Positions 28,695-38,208 of a DNA stretch of 64,000 nt are shown one piece after another. The notes beneath the pieces are model-generated. The model was not told the DNA's origin, did no database searches, and was given only the letters and a program-made list of their open reading frames with translations. This DNA is from an uncultured bacterium (GTDB lineage Bacteria; Patescibacteriota; Minisyncoccia; Phycocordibacterales; UBA9973): the NCBI GenBank assembly GCA_903892035.1, contig CAITGV010000001.1:91624-155623 (forward strand), written 5' to 3'. Numbering within the stretch: the first letter of the stretch is position 1; the number at the start of each line of letters is the position of its first letter. A program made the position numbers and the translations under genes.

Positions 28695-30113
28695 TTACAT
28701 TTTCTCAAATTCTTTGCCAAGAGTAAATAGCAAACTATCTGCAAAATGTGGTGCCATAAATTGAATGTCTAGAGGTAGTCCATTTTTTGTAAAACCATTT
28801 GGTATAGATATTGCTGGAATTCCCGCAATATTTGCTGGCACGGTAAAAATATCAGCCAAATACATAGACAGTGGATCAGATTTTGCTCCAATTTTAAATG
28901 CGGGAGTTGGAGATGTGGGAGTTACAATAACATCAACACTTTCAAATACTTTCCTAAATTCATCTTTGATGGCTTCACTAACTGCTAAAGCTTTTGAATA
29001 ATAAGAATCAAAATGCCCATGTGAAAGAATATATGTTCCCAATAAAATTCTTCGACGTGTTTCTTTTCCAAAACCTGCTCCGCGAGATTTATTGTAAACT
29101 TCAGATAAATCTTTACCAGGGGCTGAGACTCCGTAACGAATACCATCAAATCTTGAAAGGTTTGTGGAAACTTCGGCAGGCATTATCACATAATACACAG
29201 CGAGAGAGTGCTGTGCTTTTGATAAATCAATATCAATGATTTCATAACCAGCATTTTTAAACTTCTCAATACTATTTTTAAAATTCTCTAAAACTTCTGG
29301 ATCTACTCCTTCTTTGAAAAGATGCCACGGTACGCCAATTTTTTTAACTTTTTTATTTTCGAAAATTCTTTTTTCTTCTGGAATTGACTGAGCATCAAGT
29401 GGGTCATGAATTTTAATTGCATTGAAAAATATTTCTGCATCGCTGACATTTTTTGCAATTGGCCCAATCTGGTCAAGTGAATTTCCCATCGGAATTATTC
29501 CTGAACGAGAAACGACACCATATGTTGGCTTGAAACCCACAACACCACAAAATGAAGCTGGTTGGCGTATTGATCCACCAGTATCAGAACCAAGAGAAAG
29601 AAGCGCCATATCACCGGCCACAGCTGAAGTCGAACCACCCGAAGAGCCACCAGCAACTGTAGATAAATCGTAAGGATTTTTTGTTACTCCATATGCAGAA
29701 TTTTCTGTTGAAGAACCCATTGCAAATTCATCCATATTTGTACGTCCTAAAATCACAGCCCCATGATTTTTTAAAATTTTCGCCATAGTGCCATCATATG
29801 TCGAATTATAATTTTCTAAAATCTTTGAACCAGCAGAACAAATTTCCCCTTCGACGAGCATATTGTCTTTGAGCGCCACAGGAATACCAGTGAGAGGTTT
29901 TATGTTTCCACTCTTTATCATTTCATCTGCTTTGTCTGCATCTTTTAAAGCATTGTCAAAAACTTCTAAATAAGCAAAAATATCTTTATTCTTTTTTTGA
30001 ATTTCATCAATATAAGCTTGAGTAAGTTCACGCGCAGAAAAATCACCATTACGAAAATGTGTCTGTGCTTTTTCTATTGTCATTGTTTTTAAGTTAATCA
30101 TTTGATGAAACAA
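28695..30113 (-). CDS. gatA: Glu-tRNA(Gln) amidotransferase subunit A
   Basis: Amidase signature GGSSGGSTSAVA...GSDTGGSIRQPA. Confidence 0.9.
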   Translation of the reverse strand: MFHQMINLKTMTIEKAQTHFRNGDFSARELTQAYIDEIQKKNKDIFAYLEVFDNALKDADKADEMIKSGNIKPLTGIPVALKDNMLVEGEICSAGSKILENYNSTYDGTMAKILKNHGAVILGRTNMDEFAMGSSTENSAYGVTKNPYDLSTVAGGSSGGSTSAVAGDMALLSLGSDTGGSIRQPASFCGVVGFKPTYGVVSRSGIIPMGNSLDQIGPIAKNVSDAEIFFNAIKIHDPLDAQSIPEEKRIFENKKVKKIGVPWHLFKEGVDPEVLENFKNSIEKFKNAGYEIIDIDLSKAQHSLAVYYVIMPAEVSTNLSRFDGIRYGVSAPGKDLSEVYNKSRGAGFGKETRRRILLGTYILSHGHFDSYYSKALAVSEAIKDEFRKVFESVDVIVTPTSPTPAFKIGAKSDPLSMYLADIFTVPANIAGIPAISIPNGFTKNGLPLDIQFMAPHFADSLLFTLGKEFEKM

Positions 30114-30156
30114 AATATTCTGAATTTTTGTGTAAAAGAATGTTTTATATAATTTT

Positions 30157-30202
30157 TTCGCGCTTTACCCTCTCTACGGGGGCTCCGACACGCTCTAAAA
30201 TT
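30157..30202. repeat. 46-nt intergenic motif, copy 1 (TTCGCGCTTTACCCTCTCTACGGGGGCTCCGACACGCTCTAAAATT)
   Basis: Matches copy 2 at 61179..61224 at 44 of 46 positions. Confidence 0.7.
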
Positions 30203-30227
30203 TTACAAAACATTCTTTTTAAATAAG

Positions 30228-30506
30228 CTACATAATCTTCCTTACTTTTAAATAACCATTCTCCTTCATTGGCATTTCGGCCAGTATGCTTTCTGTATAT
30301 TGCCCCCCGACATTTGCATTTTCATCCTCGCGCATAACATTATAAACAACACCCAATTTTTCGGACACTTCTTTGGTCTCAATAGATTGAATTTGGTCGA
30401 TATAGTCCAAAATTGAGCTAAAATTAGCTCCAATTTCAGCCTTTTCGCTATCGGTCATATCCATCTTTGCGAGCTTTGCGAGCTCGTCTATAACGCTTTT
30501 ATCCAT
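30228..30506 (-). CDS. gatC: Glu-tRNA(Gln) amidotransferase subunit C
   Basis: ~92 aa, GatC-like sequence, immediately upstream of gatA. Confidence 0.75.
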   Translation of the reverse strand: MDKSVIDELAKLAKMDMTDSEKAEIGANFSSILDYIDQIQSIETKEVSEKLGVVYNVMREDENANVGGQYTESILAEMPMKENGYLKVRKIM

Positions 30507-30521
30507 GGCTCCAGTATAACA

Positions 30522-32564
30522 TTAAGAAATCATTTTGAGAAAATTTGCCTCATCTAGCACTTCAACAGATAGCTTTTTAGCTTCGGTGAGTTTCGAGCCA
30601 GAATTTTCCCCCGCTACAACAAAAGAAGTATTTTTTGACACAGAGCTCGCGACTTTTCCACCCAAAGAATTTATCCGCATCTTTGCCTCATCGCGCGACA
30701 ATGCCTGCATTGTGCCTGTAAGAACAAAAATCTTGCCAGTAAGTTTTCCATTTTCAACTTTTTTCGCATTTTCAATTTTTACACCATTATTTTCCAATTT
30801 CTCTATAAAATGTAAATTAGTTTTCTCTTGAAAAAAATCATAAACACTTTTTGAAACCACAGGCCCAATATTTTCTATTGAATTAATCTGGCTCGCACTT
30901 GCATTCATTATTTTCTTTAAATTTCCAAAATTATTTGCAATATCCTTCGCAGTCTCTTCCCCGACGTGCATAATACCTAAAGCAAATAAAAATCTCCAAA
31001 GTAAAACTTTTTTTCTTTCTTGAATCGAAGCCACAATATTTTGTGCAGATTTTTCTCCAAATCTTTCTAAGCCTGAAAGGTCGGCTTCAGTGAGAGTAAA
31101 CAAGTCGGCAGAGTCCGAAATTAGTCCTTCTTCCTTGAGTCGGTCAAGAATTTTTGGTCCAACTTCATATATTTCAAAAACATTTACGAAGTGTTGCATA
31201 CCACGACGGTTTTTTGCCGGACACTTTTTATTCACACAATAATAAGCGACCGACCTGTCGGTCGTCCTGAGCGTAGTCGAAGGACCACCCAGGAGTTGCT
31301 CAACTTCGCTTTCGCATACTGGACATTTTGTAGGAATTTTAATTTTTTTCTCTTTACCAGATCTAAGTTTTTTCAAAACTTCCACGACTTCGGGAATTAC
31401 GTCCCCTGCTTTTTGAATAACCACAGTATCACCAATTCTTAAATCCAACCTTTCAATCTGATCAAAATTGTGAAGTGTAGCTTTTGAAACAGTTGAACCA
31501 GCGACAAGCGTTGGTCTAAAATGCGCAAGCGGTGTGATAACTCCAGTTCTTCCCACGTTCAGTGTAACATCTAGTACAATGGTCGTTGCACGTTCTGCTG
31601 GAAATTTATACGCAATTACAGCACGAGGATCTTTTCCTACCACACCCAATCTTTCGTATACCTCTGTACTATCAATATTTACTACTACCCCATCTATACC
31701 AAAAAGTAATGAGTCACGAATTTTTCCGATTTCCTGAATAAATTTATAAACTTCATTTAAATTTTTTATTTTCTTTGTATTTGAGTCTGTCATGAAACCA
31801 AATTTTTTCAATAAGTCATGTTTCAATGAATGCAGTTTTATTTTATCTTTCCAACTTTCATCTATTTGAGCAATTTCATAAGCCATAAAATCGAGCTCAC
31901 GCTCGCGTGTCAGACTTGGGTCAAGTTGACGAAGTGAGCCCGCTGCTGCATTTCTTGAATTTGCAAAAAGTGGTAAACCTTTTTTTTCATTTTGAACATT
32001 CAATTTTTTCCAAACACTTTTTTTCATCAGTGCTTCTCCACGAACTTCAAGAAGTTTTGGATATGGGGCTTTTAGACTAAGTGGTACAGTGGCAACCATT
32101 TTCAAATTTTCTGTAATATCCTCGCCTACCTCCCCGTCACCACGAGTAGCACCACGCACAAATTTTCCATCTTCATACAAAAGAGAAATTGCTAAACCAT
32201 CAAATTTTAATTCACAAAAATACTCAAATTTGGGAGCTAAGCTCCCAAAAAATTTAATATTTCGCTTTTCCCAGGCAAAGAGTTCTTCTTCAGAAAAAAC
32301 ATTTCCAAGTGAAAGAAGTCGAACACTGTGTTGAACTTTTTTAAATTTATCGAGAGGTCTACCAGCAACACGTGAAAGTATGCTATTTGGGTCGTGAAAT
32401 TCTGGATTTTCTTTTTCTAATTGCATTAATTCACGAGTAAGAGAATCATATACATCATCAGAAACAGCCGGATCGTCTGCCACATGATATCGATACCTTA
32501 AATCAGAAATCTCCTTACGGAGCTTGTTTATTCTAGCCAAAATAGCACTTTTGTCTGTACTCAT
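30522..32564 (-). CDS. ligA: NAD-dependent DNA ligase
   Basis: KxDG adenylation motif (CELKFDGLAISL), OB fold, Zn finger (CPVCESEV), HhH repeats and C-terminal BRCT. Confidence 0.9.
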   Translation of the reverse strand: MSTDKSAILARINKLRKEISDLRYRYHVADDPAVSDDVYDSLTRELMQLEKENPEFHDPNSILSRVAGRPLDKFKKVQHSVRLLSLGNVFSEEELFAWEKRNIKFFGSLAPKFEYFCELKFDGLAISLLYEDGKFVRGATRGDGEVGEDITENLKMVATVPLSLKAPYPKLLEVRGEALMKKSVWKKLNVQNEKKGLPLFANSRNAAAGSLRQLDPSLTRERELDFMAYEIAQIDESWKDKIKLHSLKHDLLKKFGFMTDSNTKKIKNLNEVYKFIQEIGKIRDSLLFGIDGVVVNIDSTEVYERLGVVGKDPRAVIAYKFPAERATTIVLDVTLNVGRTGVITPLAHFRPTLVAGSTVSKATLHNFDQIERLDLRIGDTVVIQKAGDVIPEVVEVLKKLRSGKEKKIKIPTKCPVCESEVEQLLGGPSTTLRTTDRSVAYYCVNKKCPAKNRRGMQHFVNVFEIYEVGPKILDRLKEEGLISDSADLFTLTEADLSGLERFGEKSAQNIVASIQERKKVLLWRFLFALGIMHVGEETAKDIANNFGNLKKIMNASASQINSIENIGPVVSKSVYDFFQEKTNLHFIEKLENNGVKIENAKKVENGKLTGKIFVLTGTMQALSRDEAKMRINSLGGKVASSVSKNTSFVVAGENSGSKLTEAKKLSVEVLDEANFLKMIS

Positions 32565-32601
32565 AGATACAGTATAACAAATATCTATTTAGTATAGAAA
32601 A

Positions 32602-33126
32602 TTAACTTGTCGGGCCAGTATATGTAATTTCTTCTCTGCGCTCCACACTTCCTGAACTATTTGGTAGATTTGTATTATATCCAAGTGAAACAACTGTTGT
32701 ATTTCCATTACTCATATCTTTAGTTAAAGTAACATCTGCAAATTCTTTTGTATTTATGACAAATGTAAAGTGATAAACATTGATAGATCCAGAATTTGTG
32801 AATTCAATTGGAATACTATTTGCTCCTCCAGCACAATAAATATTTGCTGGACTTGATGTTACAAAATTACTTGTAGTCGTTGTTAAGTCCCAATAAAGTG
32901 CACAATCGGCACCAGTATCTGCAGAATAAAATGCATAATCACTATTTGATGTTGTACTTGTAAGTATCAATTCCTTCATTGCAACATTTGCCAGACTCAT
33001 GGCCATTATCAACACAACACTTGAAACAACTACAGCTAAAAGTATCGCCATTCCATTTTGTCTATTATATTTAATTTTATTGTTTATATTTTTCATATTC
33101 ATATTATGGATGTGCTGAAAAGGCAT
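32602..33126 (-). CDS. PilX-like minor pilin
   Basis: N-terminal hydrophobic segment MAILLAVVVSSVVLIMAMSLANVA in the pilus locus. Confidence 0.45.
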   Translation of the reverse strand: MPFQHIHNMNMKNINNKIKYNRQNGMAILLAVVVSSVVLIMAMSLANVAMKELILTSTTSNSDYAFYSADTGADCALYWDLTTTTSNFVTSSPANIYCAGGANSIPIEFTNSGSINVYHFTFVINTKEFADVTLTKDMSNGNTTVVSLGYNTNLPNSSGSVERREEITYTGPTS

Positions 33127-33715
33127 AAGGCCATTGATTTAAAAATTCAACATAAGAAATATTTTTATTTGTTCCACCATCTACCCACGATACAGTAGAA
33201 GTAACTTTCACTTCATCAATACCAGAAGTATTCATATGTTCAATTTTAATAGCACGGTAATATGCTTTGCCAGCATTAGAAGTTGTATCATATAAACCCG
33301 TACTTGCATCATAATACAAAGCGCAACCATTCATTGGCCCCATAGGACAAGGTGTACCAACAAGGTCAATGTCTGTTGGAATTATATTACAACCACCGTC
33401 GGTACTACACGCAGGAACATAATTTGATAAAAACAAACTCCAACCAGAAACATTGGGGTTATTTGGAAAATCTAAAATATAAGTATCTCTTGCATTTCTG
33501 ACTAATTCAATACCCTCTTGGGCTAAATATGAAGCGACTAATTTATTTTTGGATGCAAGCACTTGACCTTGGCTTGACGTAGAAAGTGACATAAGTGCAG
33601 TAATAGAAACAGTAAAAATCATTACAGCGACAAGTGTTTCTAAAACTGTAAAACCTTTATTTATTTTTTTATTAAAATTATTTTTCATATTATGGCGCAA
33701 TTGGACCCATATCAA
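33104..33715 (-). CDS. type IV pseudopilin/minor pilin (start possibly 33688)
   Basis: Prepilin N-terminus KGFTVLETLVAVMIF. Confidence 0.6.
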   Translation of the reverse strand: MIWVQLRHNMKNNFNKKINKGFTVLETLVAVMIFTVSITALMSLSTSSQGQVLASKNKLVASYLAQEGIELVRNARDTYILDFPNNPNVSGWSLFLSNYVPACSTDGGCNIIPTDIDLVGTPCPMGPMNGCALYYDASTGLYDTTSNAGKAYYRAIKIEHMNTSGIDEVKVTSTVSWVDGGTNKNISYVEFLNQWPYAFSAHP

Positions 33716-34355
33716 GTTGTCTTTTCGACACTGTTGTCTCTAAGTTAAATGGAATAGTTACATCTTGATATGTAGCTGTACCAGATAATCTAATTATCAC
33801 CCTTGCTTGACCGTCTGTATCTGCAACAAGGTTACTTGCTGGTACACTAGAACCAATAACTTGAAAACCAGAATGATTTGGATCTATTTGAACATCAACA
33901 GCTGAAGTTAAGGTGTGTAAACTTGGATCATTTGGATCAAAATTATTACTTATTCCAAGAGATTTTTTTATGACATATGAACCATTTGTATCCTGCCCAA
34001 TATAATATACTATCCTATTTTCATCTCCTTGATCAGTATTCTCCACACCCCTAATTGCTAATAAATAACTAAAACTAGATGTCGAACAATCTCCTGACAC
34101 AGAAACATCCCCACCTCCACAATGATAATCACTCCCAAGTCGAATATTTCTTGTCATATCTTCCATTGCAAAAGAAAGATTATCCATTGCGCTACGAAGT
34201 TTTCGGGTCACATTATTTGTCTTATTGACTTCATAAATTGCCCCCATGCTCATTGTCGCCAAAATTGTAAAAATACCAACTGCAACAACCATTTCAATGA
34301 CTGTAAAACCTTTATTAAATTTTATTTCTTTTATAAATTTCATATTATTCAACAC
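33690..34355 (-). CDS. type IV pseudopilin/minor pilin
   Basis: KGFTVIEMVVAVGIF prepilin signature. Confidence 0.6.
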   Translation of the reverse strand: MLNNMKFIKEIKFNKGFTVIEMVVAVGIFTILATMSMGAIYEVNKTNNVTRKLRSAMDNLSFAMEDMTRNIRLGSDYHCGGGDVSVSGDCSTSSFSYLLAIRGVENTDQGDENRIVYYIGQDTNGSYVIKKSLGISNNFDPNDPSLHTLTSAVDVQIDPNHSGFQVIGSSVPASNLVADTDGQARVIIRLSGTATYQDVTIPFNLETTVSKRQLDMGPIAP

Positions 34356-34935
34356 TTATCTGACCAGTCGAAAAAACTCTTATAGTTTTAGTACGCGAAG
34401 TATTTGCTGATTGTATATCAATTTCAATATCAGAAATTGAATTATTACTTTGATTACGAAAAGTAGCATCAGTATACGGGCGAATAAATGTTACATCTAA
34501 ATCCTGACCTGGAGGATATGAATTCATACCATTGTTTGCAATTAAATTTGAAACAACAATATTGCTAGGTAATTTTAATATATCAAGACACTCTGGAGGG
34601 TTACACACAGATAAAGAAGAAGTGTAAGTCTTATTTCCAGTTGTATCAATAAAATTTACAATTTTATAAAATCCATCACTGTGATCCATCGACAAATGAA
34701 CTCCGTAACTAGGTGCTAAAGTACCAAATGCAGAGTTTTGTAAACCAGAAACTGAATTTACTTGAGCTTTGTGAATATCAAGAGCAATGTCTTGTGCGAC
34801 ATTTGTTAAATTTGCATTGTCGCCAAAGTCTCTAAAATTAAAAAGTACAATGCCGGCAATTATTGCAAAGATACCAATTACAACAATTAGCTCAATAAAT
34901 GTAAAACCTGAATTTTTATTTTTTATATCAATCAT
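34345..34935 (-). CDS. type IV pseudopilin/minor pilin
   Basis: SGFTFIELIVVIGIF prepilin signature. Start set at the internal Met (MIDIKNK). Confidence 0.6.
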   Translation of the reverse strand: MIDIKNKNSGFTFIELIVVIGIFAIIAGIVLFNFRDFGDNANLTNVAQDIALDIHKAQVNSVSGLQNSAFGTLAPSYGVHLSMDHSDGFYKIVNFIDTTGNKTYTSSLSVCNPPECLDILKLPSNIVVSNLIANNGMNSYPPGQDLDVTFIRPYTDATFRNQSNNSISDIEIDIQSANTSRTKTIRVFSTGQISVE

Positions 34936-34936
34936 T

Positions 34937-35734
34937 TTAAAAAGTAAACCACGATGCCAAAGTAACAAAACCAATTTGACAAAAATATGCTAAAGCCGTT
35001 CCTAAAATAAGAAAAGGTGCGAAAGGAATTTCGGTCCTCATTGTCACAGTACTTTTTGAAATTTTCTTATACAATTTACTTACCAAAAGCAAAATGATTG
35101 AAAAAATTGCTCCTATCCAAAATGACAATAAGAAAGCTGCGACGCCCTTTGAAAGCCCGAGAAAAAAACCGACAGCAAGAAGGAGCTTCGCATCTCCAAG
35201 CCCTACCCACTTCCCTTTTGAAATAAACCACACGAGAGCAATTGGTAGTGCCAGTATTGGACCAGCAAGTAAAGTATAAATATCTGGGGAATGAAAACTA
35301 TTTGTATAAAAATTAAAAAATACTGAAAAAAGTGAGACTAGAATCAATGGGTATACTAACCTATCTGGAATAATTTTATGTCGCAAATCATAAACTCCGA
35401 TAACGATAAGTACAGAAAATACCCACATTGAGTAAACCATTTCAGAATATGGTACATGACGAAGGAAAAGTAAAAGAAAAACTAAACCAGAAAGAGCTTC
35501 GACTGCAGGATACTGCCATGAAATTTTACTGTTACAGTGCCCGCACTTCCCTTTTTGCACCATAAAACTAAAGATTGGAATAAGCTCACTACTTCTCAAA
35601 GTTTCTCCACAAGACATGCACATTGACCGGCCTCCTAAACCTTTGCCACTTTGAAAACGTAAAATGACAACATTTAAAAAACTTCCGATAATAACTCCGA
35701 AAACAAAAACTATTACATCTGTAAGAATTTCCAT
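34937..35734 (-). CDS. pilD: prepilin peptidase (A24 family)
   Basis: N-terminal CxxC..CxxC zinc motif and polytopic TM peptidase body. Confidence 0.8.
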   Translation of the reverse strand: MEILTDVIVFVFGVIIGSFLNVVILRFQSGKGLGGRSMCMSCGETLRSSELIPIFSFMVQKGKCGHCNSKISWQYPAVEALSGLVFLLLFLRHVPYSEMVYSMWVFSVLIVIGVYDLRHKIIPDRLVYPLILVSLFSVFFNFYTNSFHSPDIYTLLAGPILALPIALVWFISKGKWVGLGDAKLLLAVGFFLGLSKGVAAFLLSFWIGAIFSIILLLVSKLYKKISKSTVTMRTEIPFAPFLILGTALAYFCQIGFVTLASWFTF

Positions 35735-35770
35735 ATTTTTATTATACCACCTCAAGCACAAAAACAAATA

Positions 35771-36415
35771 TTAATTTTGTTTCATTATGTCGTAGCAGTA
35801 TTTACCTGAATCATAGTCAGTATTTGAATTCATATTATGAGTGCAACCACCGGTTACACCCTCAGCTGTACCATCAGCAACATTTGTGGCATATTGAGGA
35901 CTACCACACCTATATCCAGGTCGATTTGTAAGGACATTTGTATCATCACTAATAAAATCTGAGTCTGAATTTATCACAGAATTGCTTTTCTCTAATGAAA
36001 CAGCGAGGTGGTAACTATTACAATATACTAAATCGCTCGCTGTAGGTGTTGATGAGGTGTGAAAACTTGGAGCCTGCATACTTAAAGCTGTGTAATGATA
36101 ATTTGAATTTCCTCCTAGTGGATCTACTGGAACAGAGGGCAGATAACCTTCAGCAACTAAACGATTTAAGTTATTTGCCGACGGATTCAAGCTTCCATCG
36201 TAAAATGGATAATATCCGTATTTATCATAATAAAGAGTAAGTGCAGTTTGAATGCTATGTATTTCTTCAATACGTTTTGCGTCGCGAGCTTTTGCTCGAG
36301 CATCTGCCATTGATGCTAAAATCACTCCAGCCAAAATACCAATGATTGCAATTACAACCAAAAGCTCAAGAACAGTAAAACCTTTTTTAATAGAATTAAA
36401 TTTATTTAAACTCAT
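35771..36415 (-). CDS. type IV pilin-like protein
   Basis: KGFTVLELLVVIAIIGILAG signature. Confidence 0.7.
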   Translation of the reverse strand: MSLNKFNSIKKGFTVLELLVVIAIIGILAGVILASMADARAKARDAKRIEEIHSIQTALTLYYDKYGYYPFYDGSLNPSANNLNRLVAEGYLPSVPVDPLGGNSNYHYTALSMQAPSFHTSSTPTASDLVYCNSYHLAVSLEKSNSVINSDSDFISDDTNVLTNRPGYRCGSPQYATNVADGTAEGVTGGCTHNMNSNTDYDSGKYCYDIMKQN

Positions 36416-36425
36416 ACATACTCAC

Positions 36426-36869
36426 TTAAGAACAAACTCCAGTTGAAAGCGTACAAGTCACATTTGTGCTTGTTGTAGATGCGCTAAAAATAAGTGTCGG
36501 AGGTGAAGTAAGAGCACCGCCATTTGAAACTGGGAGGTACGCTGCACCTGTAGGCAATGCTGGCCACTTTGCATTGTGTCCAGACAAAGCTCCATATGGA
36601 GATGTTCCGCTTACACAAATTGCAACTCCAGTAGTCGGTGTCCCTGTTGCACTTGGCTGAGAACCAGCTGTGCCAGTACTTACATAACCACTATCATATG
36701 CGCAATTATTTAATTCTGAAACTACTCCGCTAAGTGTCGAAATTGTCGCCGCTCTGATAGACTTTGCTTTCGAAGAACTCATAGATGTTAAAACTATCCC
36801 AGTAATTATCATTATGATTGCAATAACAACCAATAATTCTAGAACTGTAAAACCTTTACTTTTTTTCAT
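36426..36869 (-). CDS. type IV pilin
   Basis: KGFTVLELLVVIAII signature, ~147 aa. Confidence 0.75.
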   Translation of the reverse strand: MKKSKGFTVLELLVVIAIIMIITGIVLTSMSSSKAKSIRAATISTLSGVVSELNNCAYDSGYVSTGTAGSQPSATGTPTTGVAICVSGTSPYGALSGHNAKWPALPTGAAYLPVSNGGALTSPPTLIFSASTTSTNVTCTLSTGVCS

Positions 36870-36924
36870 ATATACAAAGGAAAATATTATTAATTAATAT
36901 GTAAACTATTATATCATTCCCCAA

Positions 36925-36963
36925 ACAAAAAACCACTCCGACTGAAGCCAAAGTGGTTTTTTG
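36925..36963. terminator. rho-independent terminator after the pilin gene (minus-strand)
   Basis: AAAAAACCACT...AGTGGTTTTTTG hairpin with U-tract. Confidence 0.5.
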
Positions 36964-36985
36964 TTAATAAATAATCAAGAAATGA

Positions 36986-37438
36986 TTATGAGCAAGTTAG
37001 ATTTGTTGTAGTACCTTGTACACAATGAATATCCGCAAAACCAGTTCCCCCTACAAGATAGAAATCAGTACCACTTGCCAATGTACCCGCTGTAAATGCT
37101 GTTGGAGTTGGACCAGCTGCTGAAGAATATTGGTAAGGGTTGCCTGCAGGTAATGCTGGCCAAGTAACTGTGTGATTACCACCAGTACAAATTTGTGTTG
37201 TTCCAGGTGTTACAGGATTGTTAAGTGTAAGGGAATCATCATAACACAAAGTCATTTCTGTTCCCAAACCAGAAACTGTTGCCAAAGCTGAAGCTTTTTT
37301 AGCCTTGTTTGTAGCACCTGACAATGATGTCAAAACGATAGATGCAAGAATACCGATGATTGCGATAACGACGAGCAATTCGATCAATGTAAAACCACGA
37401 CTTTTAAGAACGGGTAAACCTTTTTGTTTATTAAACAT
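36986..37438 (-). CDS. type IV pilin (major pilin candidate)
   Basis: Leader MFNKQKGLPVLKSRG, then FTLIELLVVIAIIG. Confidence 0.8.
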   Translation of the reverse strand: MFNKQKGLPVLKSRGFTLIELLVVIAIIGILASIVLTSLSGATNKAKKASALATVSGLGTEMTLCYDDSLTLNNPVTPGTTQICTGGNHTVTWPALPAGNPYQYSSAAGPTPTAFTAGTLASGTDFYLVGGTGFADIHCVQGTTTNLTCS

Positions 37439-37506
37439 ATATATAAAAAAATTAATTAATAATAAAATAATAATACAACCTAGTTACTATTATACTCCTC
37501 TCAAAA

Positions 37507-37536
37507 CAAAAAACCACCTAGGTGGTGGTTTTTTGT
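37507..37536. terminator. rho-independent terminator after the pilin gene
   Basis: AAAAAACCACC-TAGG-TGGTGGTTTTTT. Confidence 0.5.
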
Positions 37537-37559
37537 TAATAACTTAATCAAATTCCAAA

Positions 37560-38003
37560 TTATGAACAAATAAGATTTGATGTTGCAGACCATCCACAAG
37601 TAATCGTAGGTAAAGTTGCACTTGTTAGATAAAACGAATGAACAGCGTTACTTGTTAATGCAGTATCTGCTGTAGTACCAGAATATGTACTTGCAGTTGA
37701 GTATTGATAATCTCCCGGAAGAGTTGGCCAGTTTACAACTGTGTGATTAGCTGCATTTGAACCCAAAGTTCCAGTAACTCTACAAATTGATGCTAAAACA
37801 ATTGGTTGAACTGGTGTAGCACTATCGTCTATACATAATATCAATTCTGTTCCTACACTTGAAACTGATGCCAAAGCTGAAGCTCTCTTAGCTTTGTTTG
37901 TTGCTCCTGACAATGATGTCAAAACGATTGATGCCAAGATACCGATGATTGCAATAACAACGAGCAATTCGATCAATGTAAAACCTTTTTGTTTATTTAA
38001 CAT
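37560..38003 (-). CDS. type IV pilin
   Basis: KGFTLIELLVVIAIIG signature. The longer ORF to 38288 was rejected. Confidence 0.75.
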   Translation of the reverse strand: MLNKQKGFTLIELLVVIAIIGILASIVLTSLSGATNKAKRASALASVSSVGTELILCIDDSATPVQPIVLASICRVTGTLGSNAANHTVVNWPTLPGDYQYSTASTYSGTTADTALTSNAVHSFYLTSATLPTITCGWSATSNLICS

Positions 38004-38139
38004 TTTAATAATATAAAACTTATAATTAATCTTCTCTTCATTACTAAATGTTGGAAGAGAAAACGACCTGCTTTCAATCTTTCGATAGAAAGACTTTGTT
38101 TCTAATAGAATAATTATATCACGAGAAGAAAAATAAAGG

Positions 38140-38205
38140 GCAATATAGGGGGCTGTGGATAAGTATCCCCCCTCTCCTTTACAAGAAGAGGGGTTGGGGA
38201 GAGGT
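38140..38205. terminator. GC-rich hairpin pair immediately downstream of pilC (minus-strand)
   Basis: GGGGG..CCCCCC and CCTCTCC..GGAGAGG stems, followed by a U-run on the minus transcript. Confidence 0.4.
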
Positions 38206-38208
38206 GAC

